A DNA stretch of 64,000 nt, from contig OZ024742.1 of NCBI GenBank assembly GCA_964016885.1, forward strand, positions 22,630,001 to 22,694,000, written 5' to 3'. The translations under genes and the position numbers were made by a program. Positions 1-12,784 of the stretch are shown here, in pieces. The notes beneath the pieces are model-generated. The model ran no database searches. It was not told the DNA's origin and saw only the letters and a program-made list of their open reading frames with translations. Each line of letters starts with the position of its first letter. The stretch's first letter is position 1. Origin of the DNA: Eledone cirrhosa. Lineage: Eukaryota.

Positions 1-2639
1 AAGTATCGCGGTATCAAATTACCAAGAGATTCCCCACTCTTCGGTCACCTTAAGTCGCTGAAACAGAGACACAAGTATCGCGGTATCAAATTACCAAGAG
101 ATTCCCACTCTTCCGTCACCTTAACTCACTGAAACAGAGACACAAGTATCGCGGTATCAAATTTAAAGAGATTCCCACTCTTCTGTCACCTTAACTCACT
201 GAAACAGAGACACAAGTATCCCGGTATCAAATTACCAGGAGATTCCCCCCTCTTCTGTCACCTTAACTCACTGAAACAGAGACACAAGTATCGCGGTATC
301 AAATTACCAAGAGATTACCACTCTTCTGTCACCTTAACTCACTGAAACAGAGACACAAGTATCGCGGTATCAAATTACCAAGAGATTACCACTCTTCTGT
401 CACCTTAACTCACTGAAACAGAGACACAAGTATCGCGGTATCAATTTACCAAGATATTCCCACTCTTCTGTCACCTTGACTCACTGAAACAGAGACACAA
501 GTATCGCGGTATCAAATTACCAAGAGATTACCACTCTTCTGTCACCTTAACTCACTGAAACAGAGACACAAGTATCGCGGTATCAAATTACCAAGAGATT
601 CCCCCCTCTTCTGTCACCTTAACTCACTGAAACAGAGACACAAGTATTGCTGTATCAAATTACCAGGAGATTCCCCCCTCTTCTGTCACCTTAACCTACT
701 CAAACAGAGACACAAGTATCGCGGTATCAAATTACCAAGATATTCACACTCTTCTGTCACCTTAACTCACTGAAACAGAGACACAAGTATCGCGCTATCA
801 ACTTACCAAGAGATACCCCTCTCTTCTGTCACATTAACTCACTGAAACAGAGACACAAGTATCGCGGTGTCAAATTACCAAGAGATTACCACTCTTCTGT
901 CACCTTAACTCACTGAAACAGAGACACAAGTATCGCGGTATCAAATTACCAACAGATTCCCCTCTCTTCTGTCACATTAACTCACTGAAACAGAGACACA
1001 AGTATCGCGGTATCAAATTACCAAGAGATTACCACTCTTCTGTCACCTTAACTCACTGAAACAGAGACACAAGTATCGCGGTATCAAATTACTAAGAGAT
1101 TCCCCCCTCTTCTGTCACCTTAACTCACTGAAACAGAGACACATGTATTGCGGTATCAAATTATCTAGAGATTCCCACTCTTCCGTCACCTTAACTCAGT
1201 GAAACAGAGACACAAGTATCGCGGTATTAAATTACCAAGAGATTCCCACACTTCTGTCACCTTAACTCACTGAAACAGAGACACAAGTATCGCGGTATCA
1301 AATTACCAGGAGATTCCCACTCTTCTGTCACCTTAAGTCATTGAAACAGAGACACAAGTATCCCGGTATCAAATTACCAGGAGATTCCCCACTCTTCTGT
1401 CACCTTAACTCACTGAAACAGAGACACAAGTATCGCGGTATCAACTTACCAAGAGATTACCACTCTTCTGTCACCTTAACTCACTGAAACAGAGACACAA
1501 GTATCGCGGTATCAAATTACCAAGAGATTCCCCACTCTTCTGTCACCTTAATTCACTGAAACAGAGACACAAGTATCGCGGTATCAAATTACCAAGATAT
1601 TCCCACACTTCTGTCACCTTAACTCACTGAAACAGAGACACATGTATCCTGGTATCAAATTACCAGGAGATTCCCCCCTCTTCTGTCACCTTAACTCACT
1701 GAAACAGAGACACAAGTATCGCGGTATCAAATTACCAAGAGATTACCACTCTTCTGTCACCTTAACTCACTGAAACAGAGACACAAGTATCGTGGTATCA
1801 AAGTACCAAGAGAGTCCCCACTCTTCTCTCACCTTAACTCAATGAAACAGAGACACATGTATCGCGGTATCAAATTACCAAGAGATTCCCCCTCTTCTGT
1901 CACCTTAACTCACTAAAACAGAGACACACGTATCGCGGTATCAAATTACCAAGAGATTCCCCCCTCTTCTGTCACCTTAATTCACTGAAACAGAGACACA
2001 AGTATCGCGGTATCAAATTACCAAGATATTCCCACTCTTCTGTCACCTTAACTCACAGAAACAGAGACACAAGTATCCCGGTATCAAATTACCAGGAGAT
2101 TCTCCCTCTTCTGTCACCTTAACTCAGTGAAACAGAGACAAAAGTATCTCGGTATCAAATTACCAAGAGATTCCCACTCTTCTGTCACCTTAAGTCACTG
2201 AAACAGAGACATAAGTATCGCGGTATCAAATTACCAAGAGATTCCCCACTCTTCGGTCACCTTAAGTCGCTGAAACAGAGACACAAGTATCGCGGTATCA
2301 AATTACCAAGAGATTCCCACTCTTCTGTCACCTTAACTCACTGAAAGAGAGACACAAGTATCGCGGTATCAAATTTAAAGAGATTCCCACTCTTCTGTCA
2401 CCTTAACTCACTGAAACAGAGACACAAGTTTCCCGGTATCAAATTACCAGGAGATTTCCCACTCTTCTGTCACCTTAACTCACTGAAACAGAGACACAAG
2501 TATCGCGGTATCAAATTACCAAGAGATTACCACTCTTCTGTCACCTTAACTCACTGAAACAGAGACACAAGTATCGCGGTATCAAATTACCAAGAGATTA
2601 CCACTCTTCTGTCACATTAACTCACTGAAACAGAGACAC

Positions 2640-5600
2640 AAGTATCGCGGTATCAATTTACCAAGATATTCCCACTCTTCTGTCACCTTGACTCACTGAA
2701 ACAGAGACACAAGTATCGCGGTATCAAATTACCAAGAGATTACCACTCTTCTGTAACCTTAACTCACTGAAACAGAGACACAAGTATCGCGGTATCAAAT
2801 TACCAAGAGATTCCCCCCTCTTCTGTCACCTTAACTCAATGAAACAGAGACACAAGTATCGCGGTATCAAATTACCAAGAGATTCCCACTCTTCTGTCAC
2901 CTTAACTCACTGAAACAGAGACACAAGTATCGCGGTATCAAATTACCAAGATATTCCCGCTCTTCTGTCAACTTAACTCACTGAAACAGAGACACAAGTA
3001 TCGCGGTATCAAATTACCAAGAGATTCCCCCCTCATCTGTTACCTTAACTCACTGAAACAGAGACACAAGTATCGCGGTATCAAATTACCAAGAGATTCC
3101 CCGCTCTACTGTCACCTTAACTCACTCAAACAGGGACACAAGTATCGCGGTATCAAATTACCAAGATATTCCCACTCTTCTGTCACCTTAACTCACTGAA
3201 ACAGAGACACAAGTATCGCGGTATCAAATTACCAAGAGATTCCCACTCTTCTGTCACCTTAACTCACTGAAACAGAGACACAAGTATCGCGGTATTAAAT
3301 TACCAAGAGATTCCCACTCTTCTGTCACCTTAACTCACTGAAACAGAGACACAAGTATCGCGGTATCAAATTACCAGGAGATACCCCCCTCTTCTGTCAC
3401 CTTAACTCACTCAAACAGAGACACAAGTATCGCGGTATCAAATTACCAAGAAATTACCACTCTTCTCTCACCTTAACTCACTGAAACAGAGACACAAGTA
3501 TCGCGGTATCAAATTACCAAGAGATTCCCCCCTCTTCTGTCACCTTAACTCACTGAAACAGAGACACAAGTATTGCGGTATCAAATTACCAGGAGATTCC
3601 CCCCTCTTCTGTCACCTTAACTCACTGAAACAGAGACACAAGTATCGCGGTATCAAATTACCAAGAGATTCCCACTCTTCTGTCACCTTAATTCACTGAA
3701 ACAGAGACACAAGTATCGCGGTATCAACTTACTAAGAGATACCCCACTCTTCTGTCACATTAACTCACTGAAACAGAGACAGAAGTATCGCGGTGTCAAA
3801 TTACCAAGAGATTACCACTCGTCTGTCACCTTAACTCACTGAAACAGAGACACAAGTATCGCGGTATCAAATTACCAAGATGTTCCCCACTCTTCTGTCA
3901 CATTAACTCACTGAAACAGAGACACAAGTATCGCGGTATCAAATTACCAAGAGATTCCCGTCTCTTCTCTCACCTTAACTCACTGAAACAGAGACACAAG
4001 TATCGCGGTATCAAATTACCAAGAGATTCCCCCCTCTTCTGTCACCTTAACTCACTGAAACAGAGACACAAGTATTGCGGTATCAAATTACCAGGAGATT
4101 CCCCCCTCTTCTGTCAACTTAACCTACTCAAACAGAGACACAAGTATCGCGGTATCAAATTACCAAGATATTCCCACTCTTCTGTCACCTTAACTCACTG
4201 AAACAGAGACACAAGTATCGCGGTATCAAATTACCAAGAGATTCCCACTCTTCTGTCACCTTAATTCACTGAAACAGAGACACAAGTATCGCGGTATCAA
4301 CTTACCAAGAGATACCCCACTCTTCTGTCACATTAACTCACTGAAACAGAGACACAAGTATCGCGGTGTCAAATTACCAAGAGATTACCACTCTTCTGTC
4401 ACCTTAACTCACTGAAACAGAGACACAAGTATCGCGGTATCAAATTACTAAGAGATTCCCCCCTCTTTTGTCACCTTAACTCACTGAAACAGAGACACAA
4501 GTATTGCGGTATCAAATTATCTAGAGATTCCCACTCTTCCGTCACCTTAACTCAGTGAAACAGAGACACATGTATCGCGGTATTAAATTACCAAGAGATT
4601 CCCACTCTTCTGTCACCTTAACTCACTGAAACAGAGACACAAGTATCGCGGTATCAATTTACCAAGATATTCCCACTCTTCTGTCACCTTGACTCACTGA
4701 AACAGAGACACAAGTATCGCGGTATCAAATTACCAAGAGATTACCACTCTTCTGTAACCTTAACTCACTGAAACAGAGACACAAGTATCGCGGTATCAAA
4801 TTACCAAGAGATTCCCCCCTCTTCTGTCACCTTAACTCAATGAAACAGAGACACATGTATCGCGGTATCAAATTACCAAGAGATTCCCACTCTTCTGTCA
4901 CCTTAACTCACTGAAACAGAGACACAAGTATCGCGGTATCAAATTACCAAGATATTCCCGCTCTTCTGTCAACTTAACTCACTGAAACAGAGACACAAGT
5001 ATCGCGGTATCAAATTACCAAGAGATTCCCCCCTCATCTGTCACCTTAACTCACTGAAACAGAGACACAAGTATCGCGGTATCAAATTACCAAGAGATTC
5101 CCCCCTCTTCTGTCACCTTAACTCACTCAAACAGAGACACAAGTATCGCGGTATCAAATTACCAAGATATTCCCACTCTTCTGTCACCTTAACTCACTGA
5201 AACAGAGACACAAGTATCGCGGTATCAAATTACCAAGAGATTCCCACTCTTCTGTCACCTTAACTCACTGAAACAGAGACACAAGTATCGCGGTATTAAA
5301 TTACCAAGAGATTCCCACTCTTCTGTCACCTTAACTCACTGAAACAGAGACACAAGTATCGCGGTATCAAATTACCAGGAGATACCCCCCTCTTCTGTCA
5401 CCTTAACTCACTCAAACAGAGACACAAGTATCGCGGTATCAAATTACCAAGATATTCCCACTCTTCTGTCACCTTAACTCACTGAAACAGAGACACAAGT
5501 ATCGCGGTATCAAATTACCAAGAGATTCCCACTCTTCTGTCACCTTAACTCACTGAAACAGAGACACAAGTATCGCGGTATTAAATTACCAAGAGATTCC

Positions 5601-6720
5601 CACTCTTCTGTCACCTTAACTCACTGAAACAGAGACACAAGTATCGCGGTATCAAATTACCAAGAAATTACCACTCTTCTCTCACCTTAACTCACTGAAA
5701 CAGAGACACAAGTATCGCGGTATCAAATTACCAAGAGATTCCCCCCTCCTCTGTCACCTTAACTCACTGAAACAGAGACACAAGTATTGCGGTATCAAAT
5801 TACCAGGAGATTCCCCCCTCTTTTGTCACCTTAACTCACTGAAACAGAGACACAAGTATCGCGGTATCAAATTACCAAGAGATTCCCACACTTCTGTCAC
5901 CTTAATTCACTGAAACAGAGACACAAGTATCGCGGTATCAACTTACTAAGAGATACCCCACGCTTCTGTCACATTAACTCACTGAAACAGAGACACAAGT
6001 ATCGCGGTGTCAAATTACCAAGAGATTACCACTCTTCTGTCACCTTAACTCACTGAAACAGAGACACAAGTATCGCGGTATCAAATTACCAAGATGTTCC
6101 CCACTCTTCTGTCACATTAACTCACTGAAACAGAGACACAAGTATCGCGGTATCAAATTACCAAGAGATTCCCCTCTCTTCTCTCACCTTAACTCACTGA
6201 AACAGAGACACAAGTATCGCGGTATCAAATTACCAAGAGATTCCCCCCTCTTCTGTCACCTTAACTCACTGAAACAGAGACACAAGTATTGCGGTATCAA
6301 ATTACCAGGAGATTCCCCCCTCTTCTGTCAACTTAACCTACTCAAACAGAGACACAAGTATCGCGGTATCAAATTACCAAGATATTCCCACTCTTCTGTC
6401 ACCTTAACTCACTGAAACAGAGACACAAGTATCGCGGTATCAAATTACCAAGAGATTCCCACTCTTCTGTCACCTTAATTCACTGAAACAGAGACACAAG
6501 TATCGCGGTGTCAAATTACCAAGAGATTACCACTCTTCTGTCACCTTAACTCACTGAAACAGAGACACAAGTATCGCGGTATCAAATTACTAAGAGATTC
6601 CCCCCTCTTTTGTCACCTTAACTCACTGAAACAGAGACACAAGTATTGCGGTATCAAATTATCTAGAGATTCCCACTCTTCCGTCACCTTAACTCAGTGA
6701 AACAGAGACACAAGTATCGC
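2640..6720. repeat. Imperfect duplicated block of ~28 monomers (offset ~2001 bp at its start)
   Basis: The ordered variants TCAATTTACC/CCTTGAC, GTAACC, CAATGAA, TTCCCGCTC/CAACTT, CTCATCTG start at ~2641 and again at ~4642. ACTAAGAGATACCCC, AGATGTTCCCC and CCTACTCAA recur later with a shifted offset caused by monomer gain or loss. Confidence 0.75.
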
Positions 6721-6789
6721 GGTATTAAATTACCAAGAGATTCCCACTCTTCTGTCACCTTAACTCACTTAAACAGAGACACAAGTATC

Positions 6790-8160
6790 GCGGTATCAAA
6801 TTACCAGGAGATTCCCACTCTTCTGTCACCTTAAGTCATTGAAACAGAGACACAAGTATCCCGGTATCAAATTACCAGGAGATTCCCCACTCTTCTTTCA
6901 CCTTAACTCACTGAAACAGAGACACAAGTATCGTGGTATCAACTTACCAAGAGATTACCACTCTTCTGTCACCTTAACTCACTGAAACAGAGACACAAGT
7001 ATCGCGGTATCAAATTACCAAGAGATTCCCCACTCTTCTGTCACCTTAATTCACTGAAACAGAGACACAAGTATCGCGGTATCAAATTACCAAGATATTC
7101 CTACACTTCTGTCACCTTAACTCACTGAAACAGAGACACAACTATCGCGGTATCAAAGTACCAAGAGATTCCCCACTCTTCTCTCACCTTAACTCAATGA
7201 AACCGAGACACAAGTATCGCGGTATCAAATTACCAAGAGATTCCCCCCTCTTCTGTCACCTTAATTCACTGAAACAGAGACACAAGTATCGCGGTATCAA
7301 ATTACCAAGATATTCCCACTCTTCTGTCACCTTAACTCACTGAAACAGAGACACAAGTATCGCGGTATCAAATTACCAAGAGATTCCCCACTCTTCTGTC
7401 ACCTTAATTCACTGAAACAGAGACACAAGTATCGCGGTATCAAATTACCAAGATATTCCTACACTTCTGTCACCTTAACTCACTGAAACAGAGACACAAC
7501 TATCGCGGTATCAAAGTACCAAGAGATTCCCCACTCTTCTCTCACCTTAACTCAATGAAACCGAGACACAAGTATCGCGGTATCAAATTACCAAGAGATT
7601 CCCCCCTCTTCTGTCACCTTAATTCACTGAAACAGAGACACAAGTATCGCGGTATCAAATTACCAAGATATTCCCACTCTTCTGTCACCTTAACTCACAG
7701 AAACAGAGACACAAGTATCGCGGTATCAAATTACCAGGAGATTCCCACTCTTCTGTCACCTTAAGTCATTGAAACAGAGACACAAGTATCCCGGTATCAA
7801 ATTACCAGGAGATTCCCCACTCTTCTTTCACCTTAACTCACTGAAACAGAGACACAAGTATCGTGGTATCAACTTACCAAGAGATTACCACTCTTCTGTC
7901 ACCTTAACTCACTGAAACAGAGACACAAGTATCGCGGTATCAAATTACCAAGAGATTCCCCACTCTTCTGTCACCTTAATTCACTGAAACAGAGACACAA
8001 GTATCGCGGTATCAAATTACCAAGATATTCCTACACTTCTGTCACCTTAACTCACTGAAACAGAGACACAACTATCGCGGTATCAAAGTACCAAGAGATT
8101 CCCCACTCTTCTCTCACCTTAACTCAATGAAACCGAGACACAAGTATCGCGGTATCAACT
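6790..8160. repeat. Local 13-monomer (930 bp) and 5-monomer (358 bp) duplications
   Basis: The rare markers CCTACACTT, ACAACTATC and GAAACCGAG co-occur at ~7101, ~7459 and ~8031. TTCTTTCACC plus TCGTGG occur at ~6892 and ~7822 (offset 930). Confidence 0.8.
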
Positions 8161-11100
8161 TACCAAGAGATTCCCCCCTCTTCTGTCACCTTAACCTACT
8201 CAAACAGAGACACAAGTATCGCGGTATCAAAGTACCAAGATATTCCCACTCTTCTGTCACCTTAACTCACTGAAACAGAGACACAAGTATCGCGGTATCA
8301 AATTACCAAGAGATTCCCCTCTCTTCTGTCACATTAACTCACTGAAACAGAGACACAAGTATCGCGGCATCAAATTACCAAGAGATTCCCCTCTCTTCTG
8401 TCACATTAACTCACTGAAACAGAGACACAAGTATCGCGGTATCAAATTACCAAGAGATTACCACACTTCTGTCACCTTAACTCACTGAAACAGAGACACA
8501 AGTATTGCGGTATCAAATTATCTAGAGATTCCCACTCTTCCGTCACCTTAACTCAGTGAAACAGAGACACAAGTATCGCGGTATTAAATTACCAAGAGAT
8601 TCCCACTCTTCTGTCACCTTAACTCACTGAAACAGAGACACAAGTATCGCGGTATCAAATTACCAGGAGATTCCCACTCTTGTGTCACCTTCAGTCATTG
8701 AAACAGAGACACAAGTATCCCGGTATCAAATTACCAGGAGATTCCCCACACTTCTTTCACCTTAACTCACTGAAACAGAGACACAAGTATCGCGGTATCA
8801 ACTTACCAAGAGATTACCACTCTTCTGTCACCTTAATTCACTGAAACAGAGACACAAGTATCGCGGTATCAACTTACCAAGAGATACCCCACTCTTCTGT
8901 CACATTAACTCACTGAAACAGAGACACAAGTATCGCGGTGTCAAATTACCAAGAGATTACCACTCTTCTGTCACCTTAACTCACTGAAACAGAGACACAA
9001 GTATCGCGGTATCAAATTACCAAGAGGTTCCCCACTCTTCTGTCACATTAACTCACTGAAACAGAGACATAAGTATCGCGGTATCAAATTACCAAGAGAT
9101 TCCCCTCTCTTCTGTCACATTAACTCACTGAAACAGAGACACAAGTATCGCGGTATCAAATTACCAAGAGATTACCACTCTTCTGTCACCTTAACTCACT
9201 GAAACAGAGTCACAAGTATCGCGGTATCAAATTACTAAGAGATTCCCCCCTCTTCTGTCAACTTAACTCACTGAAACAGAGACACAAGTATCGCGGTATC
9301 AAATTACCAGGAAATTCCCACTCTTCTGTCACCTTAAGTCATTGAAACAGAGACACAAGTATCCCGGTATCAAATTACCAGGAGATTCCCCACTCTTCTG
9401 TCACCTTAACTCACTGAAACAGAGACACAAGTATCGCGGTATCAACTTACCAAGAGATTACCACTCTTCTGTCACCTTAACTCACTGAAACAGAGACACA
9501 AGTATCGCGGTATCAAATTACCAAGAGATTCCCCACTCTTCTGTCACATTAATTCACTGAAACAGAGACACAAGTATCGCGGTATCAAATTACCAAGATA
9601 TTCCCACACTTCTGTCACCTTAACTCACTGAAACAGAGACACAAGTATCCCGGTATCAAATTACCAGGAGATTCCCCCCTCTTGTGTCACCTTAACTCAC
9701 TGAAACAGAGACAAAAGTATCGCGGTATCAAATTACCAAGAGATTCCCCCTCTTCTGTCACCTTAACTCACTAAAACAGAGACACACGTATCGCGGTATC
9801 AAATTACCAAGAGATTCCCCCCTCTTCTGTCACCTTAATTCACTGAAACAGAGACACAAGTATCGCGGTATCAAATTACCAAGATATTCCCACTCTTCTG
9901 TCACCTTAACTCACAGAAACAGAGACACAAGTATCCCGGTATCAAATTACCAGGAGATTCCCCCCTCTTCTGTCACCTTAACTCAGTGAAACAGAGACAC
10001 AAGTATCTCGGTATCAAATTACCAAGAGATTCCCACTCTTCTGTCACCTTCAGTCACTGAAACAGAGACATAAGTATCGCGGTATCAAATTAACAAGAGA
10101 TTCCCCACTCTTCGGTCACCTTAACTCGCTGAAACAGAGACACAAGTATCGCGGTATCAAATTACCAAGAGATTCCCACTCTTCTGTCACCTTAACTCAC
10201 TGAAACAGAGACACAAGTATCGCGGTATCAAATTTAAAGAGATTCCCACTCTTCTGTCACCTTAACTCACTGAAACAGAGACACAAGTATCCCGGTATCA
10301 AATTACCAGGAGATTCCCCACTCTTCTGTCACCTTAACTCACTGAAACAGAGACACATGTATCGCGGTATCAAATTACCAAGAGATTACCACTCTTCTGT
10401 CACCTTAACTCACTGAAACAAACACAGAAGTTTCGTGGTATCAAATTACCAAGAGATTACCACTCTTCTGTCACCTTAACTCACTGAAACAGAGACACAA
10501 GTATCGCGGTATCAATTTACCAAGATATTCCCACTCTTCTGTCACCTTGACTCACTGAAACAGAGACACAAGTATCGCGGTATCAAATTACCAAGAGATT
10601 ACCACTCTTCTGTAACCTTAACTCACTGAAACAGAGACACAAGTATCGCGGTATCAAATTACCAAGAGATTACCACACTTCTGTCACCTTAACTCACTGA
10701 CACAGAGACACAAGTATTGCGGTATCAAATTATCTAGAGATTCCCACTCTTCCGTCACCTTAACTCAGTGAAACAGAGACACAAGTATCGCGGTATTAAA
10801 TTACCAAGAGATTCCCACTCTTCTGACACCTTAACTCACTGAAACAGAGACACAAGTATCGCGGTATCAAATTACCAGGAGATTCCCACTCTTGTGTCAC
10901 CTTAAGTCATTGAAACAGAGACACAAGTATCCCGGTATCAAATTACCAGGAGATTCCCCACACTTCTGTCACCTTAACTCACTGAAACAGAGACACAAGT
11001 ATCGCGGTATCAACTTACCAAGAGATTACCACTCTTCTGTCACCTTAATTCACTGAAACAGAGACACAAGTATCGCGGTATCAACTTACCAAGAGATACC

Positions 11101-12784
11101 CCACTCTTCTGTCACATTAACTCACTGAAACAGAGACACAAGTATCGCGGTGTCAAATTACCAAGAGATTACCACTCTTCTGTCACCTTAACTCACTGAA
11201 ACAGAGACACAAGTATCGCGGTATCAAATTACCAAGAGGTTCCCCACTCTTCTGTCACATTAACTCACTGAAACAGAGACATAAGTATCGCGGTATCAAA
11301 TTACCAAGAGATTCCCCTCTCTTCTGTCACATTAACTCACTGAAACAGAGACACAAGTATCGCGGTATCAAATTACCAAGAGATTACCACTCTTCTGTCA
11401 CCTTAACTCACTGAAACAGAGTCACAAGTATCGCGGTATCAAATTACTAAGAGATTCCCCCCTCTTCTGTCACCTTAACTCACTGAAACAGAGACACAAG
11501 TATTGCGGTATCAAATTATCTAGAGATTCCCACTCTTCCGTCACCTTAACTCAGTGAAACAGAGACACAAGTATCGCGCTATTAAATTACCAAGAGATTC
11601 CCACTCTTCTGTCAACTTAACTCACTGAAACAGAGACACAAGTATCGCGGTATCAAATTACCAGGAGATTCCCACTCTTCTGTCACCTTAAGTCATTGAA
11701 ACAGAGACACAAGTATCCCGGTATCAAATTACCAGGAGATTCCCCACTCTTCTGTCACCTTAACTCACTGAAACAGAGACACAAGTATCGCGGTATCAAC
11801 TTACCAAGAGATTACCACTCTTCTGTCACATTAATTCACTGAAACAGAGACACAAGTATCGCGGTATCAAATTACCAAGATATTCCCACACTTCTGTCAC
11901 CTTAACTCACTGAAACAGAGACACAAGTATCCCGGTATCAAATAACCAGGAGATTCCCCCCTCTTGCGTCACCTTAACTCACTGAAACAGAGACAAAAGT
12001 ATCGCGGTATCAAATTACCAAGAGATTACCACTCTTCTGTCACCTTAACTCACTGAAACAGAGACACAAGTATCGCGGTATCAAAGTACCAAGAGATTCC
12101 CCACTCTTCTCTCACCTTAACTCAATGAAACAGAGACACAAGTATCGCGGTATCAAATTACCAAGAGATTCCCCCTCTTCTGTCACCTTAACTCACTAAA
12201 ACAGAGACACATGTATCGCGGTATCAAATTACCAAGAGATTCCCCCCTCTTCTGTCACCTTAATTCACTGAAACAGAGACACAAGTATCGCGGTATCAAA
12301 TTACCAAGATATTCCCACTCTTCTGTCACCTTAACTCACTCAAACAGAGACACAAGTATCCCGGTATCAAATTACCAGGAGATTCCCCCCTCTTCTGTCA
12401 CCTTAACTCAGTGAAACAGAGACACAAGTATCTCGGTATCAAATTACCAAGAGATTCCCACTCTTCTGTCACCTTAAGTCACTGAAACAGAGACATAAGT
12501 ATCGCGGTATCAAATTAACAAGAGATTCCCCACTCTTCGGTCACCTTAACTCGCTGAAACAGAGACACAAGTATCGCGGTATCAAATTACCAAGATATTC
12601 CCACTCTTCTGTCACCTTAACTCACTGAAACAGAGACACAAGTATCGCGGTATCAAATTTAAAGAGATTCCCACTCTTCTGTCACCTTAACTCATTGAAA
12701 CAGAGACACAAGTATCCCGGTATCAAATTACCAGGAGATTCCCCACTCTTCTGTCACCTTAACTCACTGAAACAGAGACACATG

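Noticed and set aside
2854-2924. Functional tRNA gene array
   Set aside because: Size and stem layout are suggestive, but the T-loop GTTC motif, U33, D-arm consensus, variable loop and inter-gene spacers are absent. Kept only as a structural finding.
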